Shown here: piece by piece, positions 50,101 through 59,553 of the stretch | Layout: each line of letters opens with the position of its first letter | Numbering within the stretch: the stretch's first letter is position 1 | NCBI GenBank assembly: GCA_000182565.2 | Contig: KQ257451.1 | DNA from: Spizellomyces punctatus DAOM BR117 | Taxonomy: Eukaryota | Strand: one strand, 5' to 3' | DNA: 64,000 nt | The notes under the pieces: model-generated | The model's input: only the letters and a program-made list of their open reading frames with translations | Told to the model about the DNA's origin: nothing | Database searches by the model: none | Position numbers and translations under genes: made by a program

Positions 50101-53016
50101 GCATGGGGCCCCAGCTCCGCCACCGTCAAGAGAACAAGGACTTTACTAAATATGTTTGCAAAAGGAGGCAAAACCTCCAATCAACTGTCAAAAGAAGCTG
50201 CACTCTCTCAGGAGCTAAATGAAGTTGACACCCTCCCTGTTCCCCCTACTCACCATCACGAACCGGATATCAACTACGCACTTTCCCCCATCTTTTCGTT
50301 ACAGGACGGATATACCGGTAACGACATGCTCGCAGACAATCCAGCCACCTCCCCCGTCGACAACATGCCATCCGACACGCAAGATTATCTATTCCAGAAA
50401 TCATTTGCACAAATCGATGATGGAATGGACACGGATGTAGAAAGCGCCAATGATTCGTTGCAGAGCCCAAGTCCAGCCACCAAACATGGAACTGATGTAG
50501 TGGAACGGGTTCCATCTCCTGTTGCGGATATCGCTGTCCAAGAAGCAGAGCAAGCAGCTCCGGTGTCTCCTCTTAAGGAACAAGGTCCCACTGCGACGCA
50601 TCCTCTATCCCCTTCTTTCTCCTTGGATGGAAACGCACAAGGTACGCTTGAGTCCCCTTCCCCAGTCCCATCCTTCCACCTCGACGAAGCAGTAGACGAA
50701 CAAGATGAAGACGTCGAGTCTCCCCTTGCTTCTCCCATCGTTGCGACAGGAGAGTTCAACATGTGGCCTGCGGTTGATGCCAATGAGAATCAAGACGTGC
50801 AGGAAGGTGTATCGGAACTAGATGAGCATGCGGTGCTTGTCAAAGAATCTGTTGGGCAGGATGAACCTGTTGATATGCCCGTAGAGAAACAGAATGTGGA
50901 TGTGAATGAGGTACGGGATTTCCAAGAGGATGCAGACTTGAGGGTACCGGTTGAGCAAGTACTTGCGAATGAAACCGTTGTTGCACCGGCTGAAAATATC
51001 GACATGGCTGTATCAAAAGACCAACCTGTGGTCACTGAGGAAACCGTCGTGCAGAATGGTATGGAGGACTGGCCGATGCTAGTGGAACCAACTGTAGCTG
51101 AGAATGTGCAAGCTGAACGTCATGACAACGACTTGTCGGTACATGAACATCAAAATGCAGATGTGATTGCAGAAATCGTTCCGCAAGATATCTTGGATGA
51201 TGTGATAGTGCCAGAGGAGCAAGTTGTACCACCTACTGTACAAGACCACAGTATCGACTTGGCCGTAGAGGACTCAACTGTCGATGTGATTGAGGAATCT
51301 GTCGTGCAGAGTGACATGGTGGATTGGCCGTTACCAGAGGAACCTTGTATGGATGAGATTGTGCTATCTGAACCGCATGACAACCACTTGTCGGTACATG
51401 AACATCAAATCGCGGAAAGCGTTGCGCACAGCGACATGGAGGAAGTTGTACCACTCACCGTACAAGACCACAGTATCGACTTGGTGGTAGAGGACTCAAC
51501 TGTTGATGTGATTGAAGAATCCGTCGTGCAGAATGATGTGGTGAACTGGCCGTTACTAGAGGAACCTACTATGGATGAGAATGTACTAGCTGAACCGCAT
51601 GACAACCATTTGTCTGTTCATGAACGTCAAATCGCGGAAAGCGTTGCACAGGCCAGCATGGATGATGTGACAGAGCTACGGGAGGAAGTTGTACCGCTCC
51701 CTGTACAAGACCGCAGTATCGACTTGGCTGTAGAGGACGCAACTGTCGATGTCACTAAGGAATCCGCCGTGCAGACTCACATCGTGGATTCGACAGTGCC
51801 CAAAGAGCTAATTGTGGATGCGCAAGAATTGGCGCAAGGTGACATGCTAGATTCAATATTCCTCGAAACGCCATTCATGGATGACGTTGAGGAGGATTTG
51901 GTAGAAGATGACTCGATGGATTTGATAGTGTCTGACGAGACAGTAGCCGAAACGCCAAGTATGGATGAAAACGAAAATAAGGTCACAGCAGATGACGTGA
52001 TGGATGGAGCAGGAGAAGATCAAGTGCAAATCGTGCATGAACAAGAGAATGAGGAGCAGGTCAAGGATGACGTTGCCGAGACGTTCCAAGTTTCCACAAT
52101 AGAGACGGACCTATTACCATTACCTGCTTTCGAACGTGCCGTGGATGAACACACATCACCGGAGAACATACATGAGCATCAATCCGATAATTCCAACGTT
52201 CCAGTTACCGTATCCGTCGCAGTGCACAATGAGATACCATCCCAGCCCGACCAAGACATCAAGGAACAAAAAGAACGTCAAGCACGCCCGATTCGAGTCG
52301 GTTCCAAAATCCCCTTGCCAAGGCGCTCCATTGATATGCACACGGCACCCACATTAACGTTAACTGTTCCTACCTTGCCCAAACAAGAGGAAGAAGATGA
52401 AGAAGAGCATGCAAGTAGTGGGGCGAACCACACTGTCGAACCAAAGTCGCCTATTTCTTCTCTTGTTGTTGAGGAGCCCACTGTCTCATCCCCCCCTATC
52501 CCTCTCGAACCCAATAACGAAATCACCGTGGTGGACAATGACACGGAAAAAACAAACGAAATTATCGACACTGAAACCTCTACATCATCCCCCGACCCAA
52601 CCACCCCCGCAACCACAGCATCCTCAGGTTGGGGTACCCGCATGCGTTCCTACTGGTGGGGCTCACCCAAACCCAATGACTCTGAACCCATCCAACAACA
52701 ACAACAACAAGAACACCAAAAGCAAGACCAACAACCCACACCAACTGATTCAACCCCCTCCGAATCCCCATTACCCCTCACAACACCCTCCCTCCTCAAA
52801 ACCCTCGAAACAACCCTAACAACCTCCCAAACCCTCCGCACAAAACCCCCCATCTCAACCCCCTCAGCCGAATCCCTTATCCAAACCCTTCGATCGCATA
52901 TTCAGGCGATTGATAAGTTGATGAGAGAGGATACGGAGGGTTTGATGGAGTTGATGGAAGCTAAAGTCCGTGTACGGGCTGAATTGGAAGAGTTGGAGGA
53001 TGTGTTGGGTTTGTAG
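44164..53016 (+). CDS. 2950-aa type I membrane protein: signal peptide, WSC-like domain, one TM and a very long disordered cytoplasmic tail
   Basis: Uninterrupted 8.85-kb ORF. Hydrophobic leader, then an 8-Cys WSC-like pattern (GIC...SCANQC...IAM...SCAC...CSTVC...SCGS...WTVY), TM APIIFGVAVGLVVIGAGAGFLMY and stop-transfer RRRKR. The tail is Pro-rich, then acidic, and ends in a helical C-terminus. Confidence 0.88.
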   Translation: MPPRLPSLGLGAFLLPILSILLVFPGPTFTATGRFSTPGICQTFLTTLPPVLDIFAIEDPDASVQSCANQCVSQNPPVNRIAMGAGTQDGRVFISCACFPADQAPPSTNPPPQSCSTVCVRDGFSCGSSVDPRTWTVYTVSIQLDSPAVTGPTKGTAVGAGNKVDGGSRQGVNLAPIIFGVAVGLVVIGAGAGFLMYRRRKRANISPFRERKVGTINKGDSTGPDGNGGDMERGYRAQTEYTNTAGGVLAMPNAEMQMTELDSRMRLPNGGAGLPPPVGPVSDRSMLVAGAGPVAAVRADIPQGSQQGSLERTVLATGNTTVPPIQAFDPPKPINQSQPNAPQRAAPFPLSVDQMGSLERAVLTAASSVAEPLAENPTAPARPALVNSANVITANMAIIPSIPLSVLSSGKKSDTYTLPPQLRQENFEEFERSNVVQNQQKSRDKRPDSGLGGSLERSSILGLVPDVMPTPPPRAQSVRPGTTEPKNAQSSVIPDFGQQQQQQKQVGPMSKNPATNAPRTTTTVSQRSEKSETQKADKPVTAPAAEPNIQKRGPVPILQAPPRKVKKNGQNSASQQPQNPTLTTTPFTPPQGPPPTEELPIPASANVPLSSLDRSLPPHSLPPTASRPPAFEIPPPTRPAPTQPPSQQTSANSNPRKSTAGTLQNGQPKTIKIDDQIMKDASSRVVSVRVSSLPETRIREDEKMLMGRLLKQGEATMTEQSQSSGMPTVPTPSQKDVSTPGSGRTDDAKPVHNPQAALEALLKIELPKRVERRLSSPARKTNKGSVSKVDEPDARAPQDQLGPPGRSDTLTNAPQRDVSALPKSSDPSTSQPTVKPETMQRAIDRFRDIARASAELKNPVPMQRAVDRFKEVQGTLERKRERANQKEATQVTEPVEDNSSNVPVNPSKPLLPSLVPRSDSTSMGSVRPTERSVQISSTLPPAVKAVSGGSLDRPVGGPTPSSVRTVLGPPPSTVPVPPTRNAVPLPPPIRGEPSLERASSVRTIGPSMGSLPALGDVMPPPLARTEGPPASSVRSFPPPPPVAPGPQRVKSELPPPIGSLPPSMGSDLPPPVERNLEPTGPMVRSLQSESSMRTVLPPPIARAPPSTSDLLPPVRATGAMQRALPPPTADLPPPPPSIRPTRPMEGGPADVPPAVQATGSFYKASPPSPNSPPRSASPPQPRASTIVPAAPLRSTLKRSDQKSKVTKSVRFEIPAPNRDSRPISVRQSSLINAQRMRAAFTTNDPRGQRVSSLANQRGPVLNAYAIGRQAAVPRQLGAGRDSVRGSGMVEYDGGANRDSLRTRSVNLSAPPAWIKMRRESNMPSPMLAGPEDTQSLVKEAPKARLAQPEPVRPPTPVKKDESEPQRGPATPVPTFSPEPPSVPSDEMENVSSPIVQVLPPLGRITSTEPSPNVQSKDAFTRGYASSNSVSSEDELESPSSAASELSVSLNHPAPPSPVQELDDAEPVSSEMEQPGLEIPSYSTAEEPEDIPSTMPSTLPTPSQTSSTTSSQASPDARMSFAISETQGSERTSNFFDAFYRPTSSLVSDEYLRGTGLQSNMDMIDGDADDEREDDQVRRGPLVEVELPERIPVVETDHVEAHFNDAEPPFLMNGLAVASEVSASSSMAHDEDNLMRRSEYSQESDMESHVTDMSLTAPDEQDEPEETVIQVVQGDLSTTHSSVLISIIDDENMGYSQAESSFLEDVKAALPFYEEAEMSPPIITVRVGDTEDTDEDEDELNDTQMSSSRSSSPKTVDEEDDTDTASPADLPHAQDTNREDDTDAEIQEQGHTTPPTSVTESANASVNPSFDMLEYDMTLPTSATTDPSSDNSGKNLESNLIDEGLLWVESVKDEDMDILSPEIEFSEQDTDEEDAIASVPDTTSEKQFWAEDQVTQSGDLPRQVPSIEEAQHIEMALPVVQVQRPEIYMETNIAWSDARSASQPTALADHDTDEEPARRVTSTSEQVAEFTETSNEHDAEAWGPSSATVKRTRTLLNMFAKGGKTSNQLSKEAALSQELNEVDTLPVPPTHHHEPDINYALSPIFSLQDGYTGNDMLADNPATSPVDNMPSDTQDYLFQKSFAQIDDGMDTDVESANDSLQSPSPATKHGTDVVERVPSPVADIAVQEAEQAAPVSPLKEQGPTATHPLSPSFSLDGNAQGTLESPSPVPSFHLDEAVDEQDEDVESPLASPIVATGEFNMWPAVDANENQDVQEGVSELDEHAVLVKESVGQDEPVDMPVEKQNVDVNEVRDFQEDADLRVPVEQVLANETVVAPAENIDMAVSKDQPVVTEETVVQNGMEDWPMLVEPTVAENVQAERHDNDLSVHEHQNADVIAEIVPQDILDDVIVPEEQVVPPTVQDHSIDLAVEDSTVDVIEESVVQSDMVDWPLPEEPCMDEIVLSEPHDNHLSVHEHQIAESVAHSDMEEVVPLTVQDHSIDLVVEDSTVDVIEESVVQNDVVNWPLLEEPTMDENVLAEPHDNHLSVHERQIAESVAQASMDDVTELREEVVPLPVQDRSIDLAVEDATVDVTKESAVQTHIVDSTVPKELIVDAQELAQGDMLDSIFLETPFMDDVEEDLVEDDSMDLIVSDETVAETPSMDENENKVTADDVMDGAGEDQVQIVHEQENEEQVKDDVAETFQVSTIETDLLPLPAFERAVDEHTSPENIHEHQSDNSNVPVTVSVAVHNEIPSQPDQDIKEQKERQARPIRVGSKIPLPRRSIDMHTAPTLTLTVPTLPKQEEEDEEEHASSGANHTVEPKSPISSLVVEEPTVSSPPIPLEPNNEITVVDNDTEKTNEIIDTETSTSSPDPTTPATTASSGWGTRMRSYWWGSPKPNDSEPIQQQQQQEHQKQDQQPTPTDSTPSESPLPLTTPSLLKTLETTLTTSQTLRTKPPISTPSAESLIQTLRSHIQAIDKLMREDTEGLMELMEAKVRVRAELEELEDVLGL
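50995..51790 (+). repeat. About 3.3 copies of a 222-255-nt coding tandem repeat
   Basis: GTACAAGACC(A/G)CAGTATCGACTTGG recurs at about 51238, 51460 and 51703; CATGACAAC recurs at 51121, 51376 and 51598. Peptide unit: VQDHSIDLAVEDSTVDVIEESVVQ...DWP...EPHDNHLSVHEHQ. Confidence 0.92.
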
Positions 53017-54047
53017 ATAGTCTATAAGTAGTTTTTCTTTTTTTTTATTGTTTTTTGTGCAGTTGTAGTTTGGTTAGGTTAGGTTTTTTTTTTTTTTCTG
53101 GTTCTGCTTTTTTTATTTTGTTTGATGTGTGTATGTATGTATGCTTTGTTTTTTGAATATGAGATTACCTTGTGCGATTTGATTGTCTTTTTTTCTTTTC
53201 TGGGTTGCTGTTGTCGGACCATGAGCGTACTGTTACGACTATCAACGCTAGACGCCGTCACCTCTCTATTCTTGAACAACCTAGTTGCTGCAAAGATGTC
53301 TAGGACCGGACGGACTATGAAACTAAACCTGCATTTAGCTCCTTGACATTTGCGGTTCGATTGCAGTTTTTGTTGATACACTGGCACATCATCACACACA
53401 GTAATAGAAATAAAAGGCATGCAAACTCCGGGACGATATGCGCCGTTTCGTTAAAGGAGACTATTCCGTTAGCAACATATATCGAAAACGTTATGATAAG
53501 AATTCTCAGCTCCTTCTGACCTTGATTAGGTAGACAGATTTTTGAGATACAGATAGCTCATCACATCCAAAAACGTTCCAGCAAAGGCGCTGGGTTTACC
53601 TTGATGGTACGTTTTAATAGGCTGTATAGGCATCGGTCACTCAATACTTTATAGTGAAAAAGGGATGATGATGTCTTTTGTTTCTCTGAACGGGTTACGG
53701 TGCTTTATTCGGAAGTGTTCCATTTACGACAATTACGAGTTTGAGAAATCAGGTTTTCCTCCATCTCAGTGAACAAGTGATGTAAAAGTACACCTTGCAG
53801 TTGGACGTTCTGTGCACTCCTGTGGGATACACGCAAGGCGAGAGATTCGACGGTCCACCCCGACTTTGCGCCATGACGCCACAAAAAGTTCAGGAACGAT
53901 TTCCCCTGCATGGACAAATATTGCACATTGCTCAATCCACACGATCATTTGTTGCAGATTCCACACACATTCGCTTCATCATATTACGATGCATAACAAC
54001 ACGTACACACAATTCCCTATGCTACTTCAAGTGTCTATCCTTTTCTA

Positions 54048-55264
54048 TCATCTTCGAACCCGTTTTGACAAATGTCCCTCTTCCGCTCCCGGGCTAGGAA
54101 GGAAATCAGGAGTCAAGCCACGTTTCAAGGATACAGCAACGGGGGAGCACGTCCATGTTTCTTGAGGTGGAGTGAGCAAGAAGGTGGCTGTTGGTGCATT
54201 TGTTGATGCCGTTGTGGTAGAGATGTTGGTGTGTGATGGTCGCAGGGTATCCTTTTCTTCATGATCGAGCCTGCAAAAGATATCTCGCCCCAACACTGAT
54301 GTTTGGTCCATGTGCGAGCATTTCCCTTCCAAACTCTCCAGCCACCGACCAACAACCTCCTTGCTTCGCTTTTCTCGCTCTTCCATCAATTGACGTTCCT
54401 TGTTCCACTGTTCCCTGACAGTCGCGGCACGACGGTGAACAGCGCGAGACCAGTTGATCCACGTCTTGTTAGCAACAAAGAGATTCCATTCAACAGCTTC
54501 AAGAAAGGTCGCCTCGTTTTTACACAATTCGCTAGCGGTCAAACCGCAGATTTTTGCCCAGGCCTTGTTGGAGTAATTTTTATCTTGGAGGTATTTGTTG
54601 GCGAGGATGAGTGCAGAAAGAAACATGCGACGGCCGCAGCGGAGGGGAGAGGTCGCGGGAGGGATTAAAGGTGAATCAGCCGGAAGGGTTCGGCGGGAGA
54701 TTATAGAGTTTCGTAGACGAATTAAATAAAATAGGGCGAGTTGGAGAGTGGAGCAGGATGTGCGGGAGCGCCGCAAGAGTTCTTGAATAACTCGGGAGAG
54801 TGGAGCCAATTTGGGTGAGTTGGATGCGTTTGCTGTTACTGAGTGTGCCGTCGCACGGGGAGGCCAAATGGATTCCACGAGAGATGCGGCTGTGCAGACG
54901 AGACTTTCAACAAAGTCTGGTTTGCTTGCGAGATACAAGTCTTCCGACGGCAATGTAGGAATGCTCAGTCCTGAAAACACAAATCAAACGTCAACACGCT
55001 TGATCGGCTGACACATCATCAAATCACGTGAATCAGGCACATACCTGGCTGAGGTGGGGCTAGAACCGCCTGATGCTTCTGCTGCTGCTGCTGCTGCTGG
55101 TGACAGTGGTGGTGGGCGATATGGGCGAGGCGTGTCGTCTCGAGCACGTCTTGTTCAAGGCTTGGCTGATGCTGTGTGTGATGCTGGTGAAACTGTTGAT
55201 GGTGGTGAATCGAGTGCACATTGTCAATGACAGTTGGTTGAAGTAAAACTCGTGCGGTCGACAT
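54048..55264 (-). CDS. Pho85-type cyclin (Pcl1/2 subfamily, Pcl5-like), 2 exons
   Basis: Motifs IQELLRRSRTSCSTLQLALFYLIRL, CGRRMFLSALILANKYLQDKNYSNKAWAKICGL and NEATFLEAVEWNL. Exon 1 reads MSTARV...PPQP|GTATGT. Confidence 0.92.
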
Positions 55265-55487
55265 ATTGGTCGGTAGCGTACTGGGAAGGGCGTGAACGGC
55301 AAGAGAAGGGAATGGGCGAGAGAAAAAGGCGAGAAAGGAAAAGACCGAGAGAGGTTTAAAAGAGCGAGTCCAAAAAGGCTGTGGAAGACACAGCCCAATA
55401 GACACGGAGAGGGTGCCAAGGAAGTAACTAGTTGGAAAGGGATGAACAAAATCTCTTGCAAGCGATCGAACAAGACTCTAGCCAGTC

Positions 55488-55553
55488 TTAAAAAGGCCGT
55501 GGAAGGACGGCGACTGCGGCGTTCATGGTGACTGCGACTCGAGACACCTGCAT
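55488..55553 (-). promoter_or_regulatory. Candidate uORF in the cyclin 5' leader (MQVSRVAVTMNAAVAVLPRPF*)
   Basis: Two in-frame ATGs (55553, and 55526 in CACCATG context) with a stop at 55488-55490. It lies between a TATA-like TTATATA (about 55590) and the main ATG at 55264. Confidence 0.45.
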
Positions 55554-57720
55554 CGTCCAAAGTCGGGAAGAAAGGTGTGAAATGGCCAATATATAATCTC
55601 GATGGATGATGAAGAAGGGTCAGTCACGATCCCCACCCAACAATGGCACAGTCACGTCAGACGCAATCAATTCAGCCATGAAGTTTCCCCACTTTTAGAA
55701 ATTTTTTGCCAAAATGATTCATCATTTGAGAGGCTCTGATGGACTGTGCCACTCAGATCCATCCAATCAACGTCTACCTGACTCTTCATTATTACTATAT
55801 ATAGACATACTATATCTATTTATATCCAAATGAGTGGAATTAACCAAGTCCGCCTTTTGCAAAGATTTTGGTCAACATTTCAGGCAAAAATACATCCAGC
55901 CGGTCCGGACCTTTTGCGGATATTTGTTTTTTTTTTATTTTTGGCTGTGTTGAAGCTGCATGTGTGATATTTTTTTTTTTGTTTTATAGAGTGTGAGTTC
56001 CGGAACAAGGCCAAAGAATGTTGCAGAGCCATGCTATTGTGTGATATCTACAAATTGTTGCCATGTAGGGGGAACATTGTGGGATGGAACTGGGGGAATA
56101 TCCAAAGTACACAAAACTGGGGGAATATCGTTTGTTTTGCGGGGCCGGGCAGCCAAAAATTCCTGGGCGGGTCATCCAGACGGACATCAGCCGGGCCATC
56201 AGCCGGCGGTTATTAGTAAAACAAAAGAAAAGGTACTGCTATACATGTAGGCCAGGGCCGAAAAATTCAAGATAGCCGTCAGCCAAGGCATGTCATCTGC
56301 CTCCAATCAAGTATTTGGAGCGGAATTTGAAAAAAGGTGTGCACATTGGGTTCCTATCTCTGCAACATTCTCAGCCAGGCGTTGTGTGTTTTTGCCTGAA
56401 AATTGCCTGGTATTTTCGCTGGATATCATGACAAGGCTTGTTGCCCAGTTGGTGAAGCAAGCACACGGGCGACAATCGGCCACGCGAACAATGGCATTTC
56501 ACACTTTTGGACCCAAAATCCGCGCGCGGTCATCAGGCAGTCAGACTGAATGAAAGGTTGATGGATGATCAGCAAACCTGACATGAAAACTGTAATCTCG
56601 CAAGGAGAAAGCTCCCTTAAATTAATTATAGGGTTTGTTTAAACTTTCTGTTCTTTGACCAACCTACAAGGCAACCAATCACTCTGCCCTTTGTCACTCA
56701 TCCTTCCAAGCAAAAGTGCTATGCTACTTGTAAAACTACTTTTTTTTGTTGTGCTGGTGTTTTTTTTGTTACTTTTCCATCTAACATGCACGCTGCCAAG
56801 TCCGGGCTCGCTTAAATGTATCCATCCCACTACCGAATGATGCTGTCCGCACTTTCTGCAGCATTTTGCTTCCAGTTGATTTTTTTTACCTTGGCTCTTA
56901 AAATGGAGGCTCAGTACCAAATATTTAAAGGAAAAATACAAACAGTTGGCATAGCTGGATGAAGGGCTAAGGCATCGGATTTACACGTGGCCGTGGAATG
57001 AGTTTTGCTCTGCTCATCGGGCACCCAACGCTTCGGCAAGAGTCGGCTTGTACAGTTTTTCTCTTCTTTACAGTTGTTGCATGGCAGGGATCGTCGCTAT
57101 CCAAGAGTAGGTTAGGACTCAGCCAATTGGTGCACCCAGTTGCTTCCAGCAAGTTCGGCGCGAGATTCCATCTGGGCGAGAGGAGGGATTGTGTACTCTT
57201 TCTGCTCGGTACATTCCACAAGTTTCTTAGCGATGCTGCTTGGTAAGGATCACTCCGAATACACGGGTTCGTTTTGATGATTTTTGGATGTGGATGCTCC
57301 AGCTAGCGCTGTACCGGCCTTCTTTCAGTGAGAATCTCCCTGCTGTGCTTTTAAGGATAGGTGAGGAGCCCCGCCCATACAATAGTCCGCTCCCGTACTG
57401 TATGAGAGGTTGCCTTGCTGAGCCTAACTAGTGCGACAGGGAGTTTTTTTTTTTAATATGCTCCTTGTCCTCCTTTGCCGCGCATTGCTGGAGATGTTCC
57501 GGCCGTCGTATTGTTCATGACAAATCACTCAGCCGTGTGTGCTTGAACGGTCCCTTGGAGTCGGAAACGAGCGCCCTATATGACTACGGAGTGTACTACT
57601 AGTAATATCTGCAAGTCTCCCAATGTCATCCTTTTCATTCCGGAAAGGAACCCCCTTTCATTCCAGCTCAGTACAAGCAGGAGGTATCAATTAATTGTGA
57701 CAATATCTTAACAAGTCATG

Positions 57721-59152
57721 TCAATTTTCATTTATCATCACACCAGACGCACACAAATGGGATGGCCCTCCGGCTTCCGGACCTGGATTAACACACACTA
57801 TTTCTACTTCATCTTTACCCGCCGAAATCTCCTCAACGACCGGGTAGTGCGGTCTGAACCATAGCGATAAATACACCAATCCAAGCAAAACAGGTACTTC
57901 TATCAGTGGACCAATCACTGTTGCAAGAGCCTCTGGCGAATCGATGCCAAAAGTCGCAACGGCCACAGCAATGGCAAGTTCAAAGTTATTACTCGCCGCC
58001 GTGAATGACTGCGTGACAGCTGTGGGATAAGGCATGCGGAAATATGCACAAGCAAGAAAGGCGAGCGCAAATATGATGCAAAAGTATAGTATGAGTGGCA
58101 CGGCCACACGCAGGACTCCGTTTATATCGTCAATAATGCGGTGCCCCTGGAAATAACGTGAACCTGTTAGCAGGAAGGCAGTGAAAAGACATCTTGGTCT
58201 TCAGCGTACCTGAAGAGCAAACATGACCACAATAGTAAACAGTAAGCCAAGCAGACTGGTGGGACCAATCCACTTGAGAAACTTGCGTTGGTACCAAGTT
58301 TCACCGAGAAGCCCTCGGCATAAATGACACAGTACAAATCGGGTAAGAAATCCAGCAAGGAGGGGAATCCCGAGGAAGATCAGAACGCTCCTTGTCACTA
58401 CGTCGAAAGAATGTTCACAAGATTGTAGTAACCTGTCAACCAAAATCAACAAAGACTCTTACCTAGCCACATATCAATGTCAATCGAAGAGCCTTTACCA
58501 ACGATGACCGTGTAGAAGTATGCCAATGGGCCATATAAAAGAACTTGCAAGATGGAATTTAAGGCAACCAGGACGGCACACCATTCCCGATCCCCGCCAG
58601 CAAGCTCATTCCAGATTAACACCATCGCAATACATCGTGCAACTCCCACCAAGATCACACCAGTACGGTATGCGGACAAATCGGGTAGAGTTGCCCAAGC
58701 CAGCGCAGCCATCAAAAGAGGAGCCAAGAGCCAGTTGAACAGCACCGACAAGGCCAGGTTGCGGAAAACGCCCGTAGTTTGAAAGATTTTGGAAAGTTTC
58801 TCATATTGTACTTTGCTAAAAGGCAAAAGAACGGTCTCAGAAACTCCCAATTGATAACATTAACCGCTGCCGCTCCAAAATCTACCAAAAAACTGGGTAC
58901 ATCATCCAAAGAAGTCCAAGTGCAATAGGTAGGGAAACGTCCGCAATAGTACTCGAGTTCAGAACAGTCCTAACGGAAGGAACAAAATAACCCAAAAGAA
59001 CTCCGAGGGCCATTGCTGTAGCAGAGCGTGTCAGAATGTCAGAGCAATAATCATTTGGCAATCCACAGAGGGTACAAACAGAGAATAATCCATATCGGTA
59101 AGAGCCGATCAAGCCAAGAGAGTTGGGATAGGACTGTTTGATTTTCTAACAT
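57721..59152 (-). CDS. ACR3: Arsenite/antimonite efflux transporter, ACR3 family, multi-exon
   Basis: Hand-spliced start MLENQTVLSQLSWLDRLLPIWIIL|SMALG, then MMYP, GVARCIAMVLIWN (essential Cys), ALNSILQ, FLGIPL, SNNFELAIAVAVATFG and IGPLIEVPVL. Confidence 0.95.
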
Positions 59153-59553
59153 GCTGCTTAACGTTGGCTGGTTTGACAAGAAGAGAACTCAGTGTCGAAG
59201 AAACGAATTCACCGTATAAAAAATCCCAGCACAATCATACGCAGCTGTGATGTGAGCAGCAAAACAAGATGATTGGCTAGCGGGACTGCTTACGGCATGG
59301 ACAAAATGTCGTTCCTACGCGTTACATGTTCTGTCCTGGACAGAAGCAAAAAAACGGGTTTGATTGCAAAAGGGTTAGTGTTTGGAAAATGGTAGAGCTA
59401 AATCCAGATCTCATCCGTGAATTGCTATAGAAAATAAGAAAATAACCCATCCACCTGGCTTTGGTCATACTTGACTGCCATATATTATGGTTGGATAAAA
59501 AACCATGGCCCTTTTTCTCAAAGGGGAATGAAATTGAGAGCCTATATATAGCG

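Noticed and set aside
44164-53016. Viral or horizontally acquired origin of the intronless giant ORF
   Set aside because: It has a fungal-type signal/WSC/TM head and no viral or mobile hallmarks; long disordered exons are common in fungi.
56600-59400. Arsenic-resistance gene cluster around ACR3
   Set aside because: No arsenate reductase, ArsH, ArsM or Yap-type regulator is recognisable nearby; ACR3 stands alone.
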